A stretch of DNA of 64,000 nucleotides from a virus (IMGVR_UViG_3300042691_041259:138506-202505); one strand, 5' to 3'; positions 19,893 to 29,817 are shown, numbered from the stretch's first letter. The notes: generated by a model not told the origin, from the sequence alone. A program made the numbers and translations.

Positions 19893-22742
19893 TTATTTAT
19901 CGGTGTTTGTAGGTGGTGCTTCTTGTGAAGAATTACCCAGAGATCCGGGTGTTTCAATGTTTATATTTGGACCATTTAGACCAGTGCTTTTTTCGTTTAT
20001 GACATCATTTTGTTGAGGCGCCTTTTGATCTACCTTGCCAATTTCTGTATAGTTTGTAATTTCAAGGTCTTTTGAAGGCGTGCTCATAATAACCTTTCCA
20101 AGAGGCTGTTTTAAGATTCTTTCACCTTCTAGTTCTGTCTTACCAAGTTCTGGATTATCACTATTTACAGGAGCCCCCAACAGTATTACCGGATTAAGAT
20201 ATTTATCTATAGTTTCTGGCCCAACGAGCGGTTCTGTTCCAAGTATTTTTTCTGGAATAGAAGGCCCTTCAAGCGGAACTGCTCCAAAATCTGGAGTTAA
20301 ACCAAAATTGCCTTCTCTTGCAATTTCAGGTGATGGCGGTGCTTCTAAATTAACGCTTGTTGGTCTAGTATTACTTAGAGTTGGAGCTGTGAGATTCACG
20401 GGATCTGGTATAACATTAGAAACCGCCGGCGCTTCTAATTCAGTCTTGGAAACTACGCTCTTTGGAACTGGAGCCCCCGTAAGCTCAGCATTAGCTGGCA
20501 TATCCTTACTTGGCTCGGCACCTTCCAGATCAACTTCATTTGCTGCCAGATTTTTTTGAATTTTAGGACCGTCCAAAGAAACATTGCCACCCGTTCCATC
20601 CATGCTAGCCCCACCGTCCTCAAATGAAACATTTGTTGCAGAAGCCGAAGCAACTGGTGGAGCATTTAGATCTACTACTTTTACTGTGATTGGCGTAGTT
20701 GGAACAGAAGTCAAATCCACATTAGTGACTTGATTTGGAGCAACTGGTGGAGCATTTAGATCTACTACTTTTACTGTGATTGGCGTAGTTGGAACAGAAG
20801 TCAAATCCACATTAGTGACTTGATTTGGAGCAACTGGTGGAGCTTGCAGATCTACCGAATCGACCCTTCCAGTTTCTGATGGCGGAGCTTGTAAATCTGT
20901 TTGGCCAGGCGGCGAATCTATAATTGCTGGACCTTGAAGATCAACAGCCGTTCCAGTTAAGCCATTGATTTGCGGTTCTACCAGAATAACGCTAGTTGAG
21001 GATGGCGGTCCTAATATAGGGCCTTCCAACGCTACTACTTTATCTGGTGAAGGGCTTATTAAAGGTTCTTCCAATGAAACAGTTGTAGAAGACGCTGAAC
21101 CTGCTGGAGGAGCCGCCAACTCTACAGATCCTGCTGGACTATCACTTACGGCTGCCCCTTCAAAAGGAACATTAGTGGCAGTCGGCGCACCTACTGGAGC
21201 GGATTCAAATGGAACCGTTTCCGGAGCTGCTGGACTTGTAGAAGGCGCTATAAAAACTACAGTACCGCCACCTTCTGATATTGGAGGAGCCACTAAATCT
21301 TGTACCGCTGGCGACACCGGTCCTTCTGTTGTTGCTCCATTACTTTCCAGAGCAATATTTGTCAATAGGCTTTCAATAAATGGTGGAGCTTCTAATTGAA
21401 CTTGTTGCGCAATTGCTTGCGCAACTTCTGGAGGAAACGAATCCGCAAACGCGTTTCCAAGAAGAACTCCAGCAACTGCGCCTTGAACGGCATCGCTAAG
21501 CTGCGCGGTTGCAATAGTTGAAACGGTTCCAAGAAGTCCTCCAAGAATTCCGTTTAGCCGGGTATTTTCTTCTCTTAACTGGTTTTGATGTACAGTTTGT
21601 TGCGAGTTGTTAAACACCTCATTTTTTATACCCGATATGTAGCCAATTTCTCTTGAAGGTACACCTCTATCAGCAGGATCCCAAAAATATGATTCTACCC
21701 GATCTTGATTTCGATCAAGCAGCCCTTGTGTATCTTTCAATATCGCTCCCAGAAGACCATAAGTGTTTCTCTCACGAATAATAGGCGTCTTTATCACAAA
21801 TTTGTTTGTAGCTTCTTTATCGGGAAACTTTCCAAGAGCTCCAAAATATGTAGGTGCCTCTTCAAACATATCAAATTCACAGTGTGCAAATTCAAAAACT
21901 AAAAATGTAGCAAGCTCATCAAAATCCTTCATAAGAATAGGATAGTTGGAGTAGTTTCCGGGATCCCTTTGAAGAGTGCTAATAAGCGCATTACTTAAGC
22001 CTGACGCCCACTGTGTATTTGGGACTTGTGCGCTCACCGCACTTTGTATGCCTCTTTCCCCCAAGCCGGGTATGTCTATATTCCCAATTGGTGGAGCCTG
22101 TATTGGATTTTGAAAATTTGCAGCATCTTGAGTTATGTTAGGATCGTTAGTCGCAGGCAATGCATCCGCTGGTCTTTGCATGGAACGTATCTCAGTAATC
22201 ACCAGTTCCATCTCAAACTTTCTTAAATTTTCAGGAAGCATCCACCGCATATACACCGAGTCATAACATGCTTTTCTGTATAAATCTATCAAATAAGTCA
22301 TTTTTAAATCAATAGATTCAAGAGTTTCAAATGTCAATTTCTTGTCCTTTCCACGAAAACTTTCTGCTGGATTGATTTTCCAAATGTCTTCTAGACCAGA
22401 AACTTTAGTAATAAACCAAGGCATTCTTTGAATGTTTTGAATACCTTCTATAAATTCTCTGAGCATTTGAGCTCGGGTATATTCTCCTATGTTTTTAAGG
22501 TACTTTATTGCTGAATCTGGATGATCCTCATTGTAAAATAAGCCGCCTGGCCAAGTATCAAAATCGCCCGTCACATCTTTATATGGAAGCTGATTAAGAT
22601 CTTTGAATCTTACATAAAACCCAATGTAAGTAGGATCTTCATAATCCTTGAACTTATTTGGACGCGTAGTTGCGTACTCATTTCTCCAAGAAGGAGAACT
22701 GTATTGTAAGAACTTTCTGGTGACCGAGTCGGTAAATTGCAT
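19893..22742 (-). CDS. Baseplate/tail-tube-junction-like protein with a long 15-aa repeat C-terminal tail
   Basis: N-terminal LTFETLESIDLKMTYLIDLYRK segment resembles the tube-fold gp48/gp54/gp19 pattern (tentative). About 28 V-x-L-x-[AG]-P repeats follow. Baseplate gene context. Confidence 0.5.
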   Translation of the reverse strand: MQFTDSVTRKFLQYSSPSWRNEYATTRPNKFKDYEDPTYIGFYVRFKDLNQLPYKDVTGDFDTWPGGLFYNEDHPDSAIKYLKNIGEYTRAQMLREFIEGIQNIQRMPWFITKVSGLEDIWKINPAESFRGKDKKLTFETLESIDLKMTYLIDLYRKACYDSVYMRWMLPENLRKFEMELVITEIRSMQRPADALPATNDPNITQDAANFQNPIQAPPIGNIDIPGLGERGIQSAVSAQVPNTQWASGLSNALISTLQRDPGNYSNYPILMKDFDELATFLVFEFAHCEFDMFEEAPTYFGALGKFPDKEATNKFVIKTPIIRERNTYGLLGAILKDTQGLLDRNQDRVESYFWDPADRGVPSREIGYISGIKNEVFNNSQQTVHQNQLREENTRLNGILGGLLGTVSTIATAQLSDAVQGAVAGVLLGNAFADSFPPEVAQAIAQQVQLEAPPFIESLLTNIALESNGATTEGPVSPAVQDLVAPPISEGGGTVVFIAPSTSPAAPETVPFESAPVGAPTATNVPFEGAAVSDSPAGSVELAAPPAGSASSTTVSLEEPLISPSPDKVVALEGPILGPPSSTSVILVEPQINGLTGTAVDLQGPAIIDSPPGQTDLQAPPSETGRVDSVDLQAPPVAPNQVTNVDLTSVPTTPITVKVVDLNAPPVAPNQVTNVDLTSVPTTPITVKVVDLNAPPVASASATNVSFEDGGASMDGTGGNVSLDGPKIQKNLAANEVDLEGAEPSKDMPANAELTGAPVPKSVVSKTELEAPAVSNVIPDPVNLTAPTLSNTRPTSVNLEAPPSPEIAREGNFGLTPDFGAVPLEGPSIPEKILGTEPLVGPETIDKYLNPVILLGAPVNSDNPELGKTELEGERILKQPLGKVIMSTPSKDLEITNYTEIGKVDQKAPQQNDVINEKSTGLNGPNINIETPGSLGNSSQEAPPTNTDK
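20649..20843. repeat. Exact 90-bp tandem duplication (about 2.2 copies)
   Basis: AGCAACTGGTGGAGC begins at 20649, 20739 and 20829; the intervening 90-nt blocks are identical. Confidence 0.95.
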
Positions 22743-22757
22743 TCAGGCTATATATTT

Positions 22758-24275
22758 TTATATTGGGGTTGGCCATTCTCTACGAGTAAGAACCATAGTT
22801 TGTGTAAAACCAGGAGATTCGCCAGCATTTATGTCTGACGAAACTGTTTTGCTTTGTGGACTATAATTTATTCTCATGCCGGAAACCATGTAGTAGCCGC
22901 TATAAAATTTATCAGGAAGCATTGGCGGATACGCAGCAGAAACGTTCCCAGCCTCGGGCGGCGTTGCTACTGTTTGGTATCGCAAATCTCCACCTACAAA
23001 AATAATCAATGGCAGTCTTTCTCCTCTATAGATATTAAAGTTTCCATTCTCGAGTTGCGCTTCCACATACATTTTTTGAAGTTCCGCATTGTTTCTTAAG
23101 TTCCAATTTTTTGCAAAATTGTATTTTTGATGACAGTTTCCTTCAGGAGCAGAGTATTGTATGCCTTCCCAGCGATATCGATTTTGTGTTTTCCAATACT
23201 CTTCTTTAGGTGCACCAGGTTTTGTAGCCCGCCCTTTAAGTATTATTTTGTCAGCTTCCGCTCCATCGGTAGTAAGCGGATCCGTAAATAGTGACCAATA
23301 TTGTTCCGAGTTTTGTTCAAAAAACATTGTGTATGTTTTGTATCCATGCTCTTGGTTTACTACATTACTGGCATTTTTCATGTTAAAATAATGAATATAC
23401 GCCGAGGTGCCTTTAAGATCTTCCCAATTTGACAGCATCTTAGGAACTTCGCCCGTCGCCTTTTCCAGCGTTTTTCCCATAAGCTCTGCATTTATAGAGT
23501 CGTTAAATTTCAAATTTGTCAGCAATTGCATATCAAGATCCGTGCTTTCATTAAATTGGTTATTGACGTTTACAAAATTTAAGTTGTAGTAAAGATCAAT
23601 AAACACGTTAAAGAAACTTTTTTCATCTTTCCATGCGTGATCCGCAATATCGTTAATTAAATTGTAGTAGTCGCCTCCTGGGTTAATCCACACTTGGCTG
23701 TCATCAGTTTCTGTATCATTGGAAGCAAACCCTAGCTGCAATTCTTTTGCAATTTCTTTTAGTACTTCATAGCTTGTTCCCTTGTAAGATTTGATGATCT
23801 CATCATATAAATGTGGAACAAAAAGTTCTCCGCTAATTGTAAAAACTGCATTGCGGCCTTCCTGGTTACCATCGGTAGAACGTACACTAGTTATACGGTA
23901 ATCATTTCTAATAGGCTTAAATGCATTATTTCTAGCCCTGATAAAGACTGACATAATGTCGCCATCTTTAGGTATTGCTTGAGAGGTAAACGTTTTTGAT
24001 TTTACGCCAGCCTTCATTCTTACTGTTGGAATAAAAGAATTGCAATTTATCTCAAACGTTTCAATTTCAGTGTTAGCAAATATGTAATTGTTAATACTTA
24101 CAAATGGATAATTTGTACCAAGATCTTTACTTTGTTGAATACTTTTGTCATAGCCTGCTAGACCAGCTTCTGTGGATTGCTCACTCGTACCTGTGTCTAG
24201 ATCTCCGATTGACATTGTGTCCAGCGGAATTGCTGGATCTACTAAAGATCTTATGATGGATTTTTCCTGCTGCAT
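22758..24275 (-). CDS. Baseplate hub protein, gp27/GPD-like
   Basis: SYKGTSYEVLKEIAKELQLG...YNLINDIADHA...FNVFIDLYYNLNFV and C-terminal SGYYMVSGMRINY...QTMVLTRREW pattern. Lies between the gp53-like and gp5-like genes. Confidence 0.65.
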   Translation of the reverse strand: MQQEKSIIRSLVDPAIPLDTMSIGDLDTGTSEQSTEAGLAGYDKSIQQSKDLGTNYPFVSINNYIFANTEIETFEINCNSFIPTVRMKAGVKSKTFTSQAIPKDGDIMSVFIRARNNAFKPIRNDYRITSVRSTDGNQEGRNAVFTISGELFVPHLYDEIIKSYKGTSYEVLKEIAKELQLGFASNDTETDDSQVWINPGGDYYNLINDIADHAWKDEKSFFNVFIDLYYNLNFVNVNNQFNESTDLDMQLLTNLKFNDSINAELMGKTLEKATGEVPKMLSNWEDLKGTSAYIHYFNMKNASNVVNQEHGYKTYTMFFEQNSEQYWSLFTDPLTTDGAEADKIILKGRATKPGAPKEEYWKTQNRYRWEGIQYSAPEGNCHQKYNFAKNWNLRNNAELQKMYVEAQLENGNFNIYRGERLPLIIFVGGDLRYQTVATPPEAGNVSAAYPPMLPDKFYSGYYMVSGMRINYSPQSKTVSSDINAGESPGFTQTMVLTRREWPTPI

Positions 24276-24280
24276 ATACT

Positions 24281-24892
24281 TTATCTGTTAATACGGTTCT
24301 TAATAAGTTTTGCCAAAAATTCGCTTTTAGTTAGCGGCTCCTCACATTCGTTTCCATTTTTGCTTACGTTAGGACCAAAGAAGATTTTGCCCCCTTTGAT
24401 TTCAATTTCCTTGTCTCCAATATTTGCAAAATTTGGAGGTAGCGCTGGAGCGGTTTTAGAAGGATCTGCTGCTTTTGGCTTATCTCTCTTGTCATATTTT
24501 CCAAGATTTGGATCAAGACTGGAAGCCTTTCCAGGATCAATATATTGACTACGAATGTCTTGCTTTTGTTTTTGGTTTCCTGCTGTAGAAGACATATTCA
24601 TATTTGCATTCATCAAATCAGGAACATATAACAAGTCTCCGGTATCAATTGTAAACGGATTGCTAATGCCGTTCATTTTAAGCATTTTCTCAGAATGATT
24701 TAATGAGCCTAAAGTAATTTGCGAAATTAAATCAATTCTCATCTCAGTTTCGTCGTTCACTAATATGTAATTTGTGAACAATATGGGAGTAGTTATATTG
24801 ACAGACGCTTGCGTCAAATCAACAATATCGTCACCATTTTCCAATCGAATGATTGGTTTTTTGTCAATTGTTGCGGGAAGTTCTATTGGCAT
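24281..24892 (-). CDS. Baseplate wedge protein, gp53-like (LysM)
   Basis: MRIDLISQITLGSLNHSEKMLKMNGISNPFTIDTGDLLYVP is the gp53/LysM signature. Confidence 0.8.
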   Translation of the reverse strand: MPIELPATIDKKPIIRLENGDDIVDLTQASVNITTPILFTNYILVNDETEMRIDLISQITLGSLNHSEKMLKMNGISNPFTIDTGDLLYVPDLMNANMNMSSTAGNQKQKQDIRSQYIDPGKASSLDPNLGKYDKRDKPKAADPSKTAPALPPNFANIGDKEIEIKGGKIFFGPNVSKNGNECEEPLTKSEFLAKLIKNRINR

Positions 24893-24894
24893 TG

Positions 24895-27105
24895 TTATGC
24901 TATACTCTTTTTATTATATCCTAATCCGGTTTTGGCAGCAAATTCAGAGTAAACTTTCTTTGCACCAGTAATTGCGGCATTTGCTCCACGATCCGCATCA
25001 GTAGGGTCTCCAAAGAGAATACCTCTGCGTGTTCTATTTCCGTTTGGCGTAGGGCTACCAGTTCCGGTAGAGCCTTCTCCGTTTCTACCAAGAGTATTAT
25101 TGTACCCGCCACCAGGACCGTATCCTCCGCCTGCCCCTACATTACCATTACTATTGCTACTGCCGCCTGTAAACGGATCCACGTTTGATTGCGATGATGA
25201 AGACCATGTTTTTTCATATCCGGGAGGCAGAGAATAAAGTCGGCCACCACCGCCATTAAACATAGATTCAATAGCGTCACGATCCCGAGGCCTTCCGTGT
25301 TCTAGGGATATTGTGGCTTTAAGTTCTGTAGGAAAGTCGTCAGGGCCTAGCTCATCACTAAATTCAAATTTGCATCCAGTGCAGATTAAATTTCCTATCA
25401 TCATCATCGGATTGAAAGGGTTTCCCACGGTTAAGTGCCATTCACCGGTTGGCTCTCCTGTAAGAATTGCTTTAATACCCGACGCAAATCCACCTTTTTG
25501 AGTTGTATTTTTCATATGGAGTTGCATACCTCCAGCCGCTAATCCTTTAAGCGCCTCAATAGGATCTTCCATCGCTGCGTTAAGAAAGTCGGAAATTGCG
25601 CCGGCTGCTTTTTCAAATTGGCTCGCAACCGTTTCTAAGAATCCTCCCACATCCCCTCTCATCCAAGCAGCACGGCCAGCAGGCCCGCCAAGAAAAGGAG
25701 CCGTATTTCCAGGAGCTCCTGGGCGAAAGCGGTTAGAACCTCCCCAAAATGTTGCGGTGGCGGTTGTAAGCATCATTAAGTTAGACATTATATCTAGCAT
25801 TGCTGCTTTGGTGTTTATGCCACCAATACTTCGAGCACTGTATTCAAAAACCAAATCAATTTTGTGAGTAAATTTCAATCCGCGCTCTCGGGCTTTAACA
25901 CTATCTATCACATTAACGTGACCTATGATTTTGTTATTCCAAGGGCCATCTTCATACGGATCTGGCGGCGCTTGCCCATTAGTTGCATTTTTTGTCTGAC
26001 CGTAGTCTCCGGATACTAATCCTAAAAAAGATGCGATACCGGGAAACGGACCCCCACCTTCTACGTCTCCAGGACTGCCTGGCGTAACCACATTAACTTG
26101 TGCTGTAAGGTCCTTCCATTTTAGACCGGTTTCAATCGGTCCAAGAATTGTGGATATCTTGTTTCCAGTAGTTTCTCCTAACCAGGTAACGGCTTGCGCA
26201 ATTGGTCTTAGAGTTTCTGGAGTATAACCCGAAGTATTTCGTGGGTTGTTTTCGCCTTCCGCTTCTAGGTTATCTGATGTTGGAAACGGAAATCTTCTCA
26301 ATGTAATTAGGTAATTGTTTGGAACCAGGTTCCAGTATTTGCAATATGCAAAATCTTGAAAGCGATACGGCTTTTTATTTACATTGTCAGGCTCCTGGCT
26401 CCATGCTACAATTTCAGTGACAGATGGAGATTTGTAACGATGCAGTCTTTGTTGATTTGCCTGGTCCACCTCATACCATCGAGGCTGATTTTCCTGGTCC
26501 ATCAATTTTGCTAAATAATCTTGATCTTTTGAACCTTTGAATTGCTGGAAACCAATGTAAGCGTTTGGATTCATCAGTGCGGGAACGCCTCTAAATTGCT
26601 CGACCCCTGGTCGCTTTTCAATATCCTCTTCAGGTAGATTCTGAGCAGATACAAGTGCCCCGGTTTGCTGAGTGTCTGCAGCATCTTGCGGAAAAACAAA
26701 ACCTTCAACTAGCGGCTTAGCCTCTTCCGCGCTAAAGCTATATACCAATTTCTCTGAGGCATTACTGTAAATCAATCGAGGATCAGTTGGAATAAGAGTT
26801 AACGCCCCAGGTGTTTGACCAGATCCATCATTGGTTATTCCTCCCAATGCTTGTGGCGTTTCAGACACTGGTTGATACCCAGAAACGTTTTCAGTTAAAA
26901 AGTCAATTGCCAAAAACTCGTTTTCAATCAGACGATAGCCATCTGGCGGAAAAAGCAGTTTGTCTGCCTCAAAAATTGCTGGATCCGTTGATCTGTAATA
27001 AACGGATTCACCTTCGCGTCTCACAAATGTAAACGGCTTTGAAGAAAGGTTTACAGCCGTATTTGCTGCGTTGATAGCATCTGTTAACGTACTAAAATTA
27101 GGCAT
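24895..27105 (-). CDS. Baseplate tail-tube cap/initiator-like protein (gp48/CIS tube fold)
   Basis: RERGLKFTHKIDLVFEY and WHLTVGNPFNPMMMIGNLICTGCKFEFSDELGPDDFPTELKATISLEHGRPRD segments resemble tube-fold baseplate proteins. Confidence 0.55.
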   Translation of the reverse strand: MPNFSTLTDAINAANTAVNLSSKPFTFVRREGESVYYRSTDPAIFEADKLLFPPDGYRLIENEFLAIDFLTENVSGYQPVSETPQALGGITNDGSGQTPGALTLIPTDPRLIYSNASEKLVYSFSAEEAKPLVEGFVFPQDAADTQQTGALVSAQNLPEEDIEKRPGVEQFRGVPALMNPNAYIGFQQFKGSKDQDYLAKLMDQENQPRWYEVDQANQQRLHRYKSPSVTEIVAWSQEPDNVNKKPYRFQDFAYCKYWNLVPNNYLITLRRFPFPTSDNLEAEGENNPRNTSGYTPETLRPIAQAVTWLGETTGNKISTILGPIETGLKWKDLTAQVNVVTPGSPGDVEGGGPFPGIASFLGLVSGDYGQTKNATNGQAPPDPYEDGPWNNKIIGHVNVIDSVKARERGLKFTHKIDLVFEYSARSIGGINTKAAMLDIMSNLMMLTTATATFWGGSNRFRPGAPGNTAPFLGGPAGRAAWMRGDVGGFLETVASQFEKAAGAISDFLNAAMEDPIEALKGLAAGGMQLHMKNTTQKGGFASGIKAILTGEPTGEWHLTVGNPFNPMMMIGNLICTGCKFEFSDELGPDDFPTELKATISLEHGRPRDRDAIESMFNGGGGRLYSLPPGYEKTWSSSSQSNVDPFTGGSSNSNGNVGAGGGYGPGGGYNNTLGRNGEGSTGTGSPTPNGNRTRRGILFGDPTDADRGANAAITGAKKVYSEFAAKTGLGYNKKSIA

Positions 27106-27119
27106 ATATGAGCAATTAC

Positions 27120-27173
27120 TTTTTTCTATATATCATCTAATTGATAGAATGTATCTCTGATATATAGAAAAAA
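27120..27173. promoter_or_regulatory. Back-to-back divergent late-like promoters forming a 15-bp inverted repeat
   Basis: TTTTTTCTATATATC (27120-27134) and GATATATAGAAAAAA (27159-27173), each pointing at an ATG (27105 minus, 27183 plus). Confidence 0.7.
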
Positions 27174-27182
27174 TTCAATAGC

Positions 27183-27455
27183 ATGAGCACAAAAACCTAT
27201 AACGAGTTCTTCAAAAGAGTCAACGAGGAGGAGGAAGGCAGAATGTATCTTAATGATCTTCAGGAGATTTCTACCTTTGCCGCGCAAATTCGCGAAATGA
27301 TCGCGCCAGAAGACGAATTGGAAGCTTGGGTCCAGGACAAAATCACGATTGCTCATCATAACATGGACGCCATTTTAGGTTACCTTAAGTCTCTTGAAAA
27401 GGGAGGGACTAATTCAACTTCTGTTGGCGGTTCTACCAATATGAATCTAGGCTAA
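27183..27455 (+). CDS. Small acidic hypothetical protein, capsid-targeting-like N-terminus
   Basis: MSTKTYNEFFKRVNE start; DELEAWVQDKITIA motif; promoter motif directly upstream. Confidence 0.75.
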   Translation: MSTKTYNEFFKRVNEEEEGRMYLNDLQEISTFAAQIREMIAPEDELEAWVQDKITIAHHNMDAILGYLKSLEKGGTNSTSVGGSTNMNLG

Positions 27456-27457
27456 CC

Positions 27458-27619
27458 ATGAAAAGATCCTTGCGATTTGGTAAAGATATGATGCCTAGGA
27501 AAGAGAAGCCAAAAACGGTGCTTTCTAAAAAGCCCAGGCCTTTTCGCAAAATGAAAAGAGTCTCCATTAAAATGGAGACTCTGAATTTGCAAAAGGATCT
27601 TGAGGATGACGCAGCTTAG
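27458..27619 (+). CDS. Small basic hypothetical protein (53 aa, below ORF-track cut-off)
   Basis: MKRSLRFGKDMMPRKEKPKTVLSKKPRPFRKMKRVSIKMETLNLQKDLEDDAA*. Starts 2 nt after the previous stop and converges with the 27616 gene. Confidence 0.55.
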   Translation: MKRSLRFGKDMMPRKEKPKTVLSKKPRPFRKMKRVSIKMETLNLQKDLEDDAA

Positions 27620-28065
27620 TATTCATCGGGAAGCTCATCTATCCATTTCAGTAGGCTGTTATCAGCAGTTCTGCAGTCTACAATATGAATCTTTTTCATG
27701 GATGGAAAGAACGTGACTCCATCAAAGAGCTCAAAGTAGTTTTCATCTTTATTCTCTTCAGTCAAAAAATACACGCTTTCGATATCCGTGCTTTCATTTA
27801 CGTAAAAGATTATGAATCTTATGATATCCTCATTTAGATTGGGATTGCAGTAAATGATTGAGTGGGCTCTTCTTGCTCTGGAAACCGCGCGGATTTGATT
27901 TTTGATCTCTTCGTTTACCAAAAAGCTGGTATAACTGTCGAGTTCCTGTTCACCATACCCCATCTGCTCAATGATTTCTGAAACAGAAATCACATGCTGC
28001 TTTCTCATATTTAAGAAAGCTTTTTTTAGCTTTTCACGTGGTGCCCGAGTAATATAGAGTTTCAT
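27616..28065 (-). CDS. Hypothetical protein
   Basis: 149 aa ORF tiling the minus-strand operon. Confidence 0.65.
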   Translation of the reverse strand: MKLYITRAPREKLKKAFLNMRKQHVISVSEIIEQMGYGEQELDSYTSFLVNEEIKNQIRAVSRARRAHSIIYCNPNLNEDIIRFIIFYVNESTDIESVYFLTEENKDENYFELFDGVTFFPSMKKIHIVDCRTADNSLLKWIDELPDEY

Positions 28066-28086
28066 AAGAGGATTTTCTTAATATAT

Positions 28087-28419
28087 TCACCCTCTCATTT
28101 GAACCTTTCGTGCTTCTTCTTTTGCACGTTTTTTCTCGGCTTTTTTCTGCTCTACTTGACGATTGTTTTCCAATATGGCTTCAGCAGCTTCGCGTGTATA
28201 TCCGCTGCTAACCAGGCTTTCAATTTGCTTTGAATGCAGTTCAGCCTCTTCGTTAATTCGAAGATTTTCCTGTTCCTGCTTTTTCATTAAGACAGCCTGC
28301 TTAACGTACTCAAGCTTTCTTCTTTTGATTTCTTCTTGCTGTTCGCGTGGAAGGACCTTTTCCATTTTGTGAAGGCCCATTTGCTTTTCGGTGAGTCTGC
28401 GCTCTTTTCTATTTTGCAT
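28087..28419 (-). CDS. Hypothetical charged coiled-coil protein
   Basis: 110 aa, K/E/R-rich; overlaps the NUDIX stop. Confidence 0.65.
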   Translation of the reverse strand: MQNRKERRLTEKQMGLHKMEKVLPREQQEEIKRRKLEYVKQAVLMKKQEQENLRINEEAELHSKQIESLVSSGYTREAAEAILENNRQVEQKKAEKKRAKEEARKVQMRG

Positions 28420-28945
28420 TTTTGAAAGATTTACGATACATAATGTTAAACAGTCTCAAAAAGGATCCTAGAACTAGGAGCTCATTAGTGAGCACTGCCT
28501 CATTGACATCTGTCATTTTTAGTGTAGATTTGCTCTCTTGTGAAGAACCATCGGTTGACGGCGATCCTTGCTCCATACCGGTTACGTCCACTGCAAAAGT
28601 TGGAATTTCTCGATTGGAATCTTTGGAATCATGAAAGGTTCCTAGAAATAGCCATTTGTCAGGAGATTCACCGCGCATATCAAATCCGCCTTCTTCAAAA
28701 AGTTCTCTAACAGCGGTAGCGTACGCATCCTCATCAGAATCATCAATACTACCAGTGATCAGGGTATTTGCATAATTGCCTTCGCGCAATGTATTCCACT
28801 CATGAAGAATACCAATCTGCTCCACAATTCCATTTGCGTCTACGGTATATGGCAATACCGCTACAGAATTTCTCTTAATAAGCAATCCGTGCTTATCTCC
28901 GGTATTGACAAAATCAAAAAACGGAGTTTCAAACAATACTTTCAT
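28409..28945 (-). CDS. NUDIX hydrolase
   Basis: GSIDDSDEDAYATAVRELFEEGGF is a Nudix box variant. Confidence 0.85.
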   Translation of the reverse strand: MKVLFETPFFDFVNTGDKHGLLIKRNSVAVLPYTVDANGIVEQIGILHEWNTLREGNYANTLITGSIDDSDEDAYATAVRELFEEGGFDMRGESPDKWLFLGTFHDSKDSNREIPTFAVDVTGMEQGSPSTDGSSQESKSTLKMTDVNEAVLTNELLVLGSFLRLFNIMYRKSFKNAK

Positions 28946-29468
28946 TTGCTTTCTTTCTTTTCTTTGTTACCTCTTCTACTTTTTTGAAGAGAATTGCTTC
29001 CACTTGTTTCATTAGTACATTTTGATCCACGGAATCTACCAGGTATTCGCCAATTAAACGAGTGCCGTTTTCGTACGAATCATCAATTACTTTAATAAGC
29101 TCATCGGAAGGCATACTTACTGTGATGGATATTTCCATCTTTACGTTTTTCTTTTTGCTTCTATTCAGCAGGTCAAAAACTGGATTTGATCCAGCCTGCT
29201 GTTGTGTTGCTACCGGTGATTCGGTTCTTTGAGTATGTCTCATTATTTGATTTGGTTGAGGATCCACAACAAATGCAGCGTTTGCTGCGCTTTCAATTGG
29301 AACAATCCACTCTCCAACAAGTTGCATATTGCATTGAGAACCATCTTCAAATATGAGATACTCAATGTTATCGTCAATGATGGTTTCTCCTGTTGACTTT
29401 ATGATTTGTCCCATTCGTTCTCCTCGAACCCATTGGAACATTCCTGGTTTAGTTACGTCTTTAATCAT
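28929..29468 (-). CDS. Hypothetical protein
   Basis: Start reassigned to MIKDVTKPG at 29468, because the longer track version overlaps the 29488 gene. Confidence 0.6.
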   Translation of the reverse strand: MIKDVTKPGMFQWVRGERMGQIIKSTGETIIDDNIEYLIFEDGSQCNMQLVGEWIVPIESAANAAFVVDPQPNQIMRHTQRTESPVATQQQAGSNPVFDLLNRSKKKNVKMEISITVSMPSDELIKVIDDSYENGTRLIGEYLVDSVDQNVLMKQVEAILFKKVEEVTKKRKKANESIV

Positions 29469-29487
29469 TTCAAGGTTATTTGAGGTC

Positions 29488-29817
29488 TTAGAGTTTGACC
29501 CATTTATTGTACTCGTTGAAGTATTCTCGTGTCCACTCGGCTTCGATTTTTTGGAAAATCCATCCCAGCATTTCTTCACGAAATCCTTCCAAGAATTTTT
29601 CGATTTGTTCTTCATAGCTGCCTCCACTGGTTTGGTGGTTAAGTTCGGAAACAGAGACCCTAAAGGTATGTCGGGTTTCTTTAATTCTCCAGAAGAAAAA
29701 TTGGGCCCCTCCGATGTCATCATATCCGTATTCTATTGTAAGGGGTTCCCAGCCATCAGGTTGCAGCGGGAATTCTCCTCGGTAATAAAGCTCATCAAAA
29801 TCTTTATGATAAGGCAT
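29488..29817 (-). CDS. Hypothetical protein
   Basis: MPYHKDFDELYYRGEF...; aromatic-rich, protein-like composition; tiles the operon. Confidence 0.6.
   Translation of the reverse strand: MPYHKDFDELYYRGEFPLQPDGWEPLTIEYGYDDIGGAQFFFWRIKETRHTFRVSVSELNHQTSGGSYEEQIEKFLEGFREEMLGWIFQKIEAEWTREYFNEYNKWVKL

Noticed and set aside
8456-27032. Plus-strand 60-180 aa ORFs and short alternative-frame minus ORFs across the structural module
   Set aside because: All lie inside well-supported long minus-strand genes and have no recognisable motifs.
27126-27359. Minus-strand 77-aa ORF
   Set aside because: Antisense to the plus-strand tagged gene, which has a promoter motif and better protein-like character.
29469-29723. 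N-terminal 85-aa extension of the 28929..29723 ORF
   Set aside because: Overlaps the more plausible 29488 gene in another frame; low-complexity S/K/N composition.
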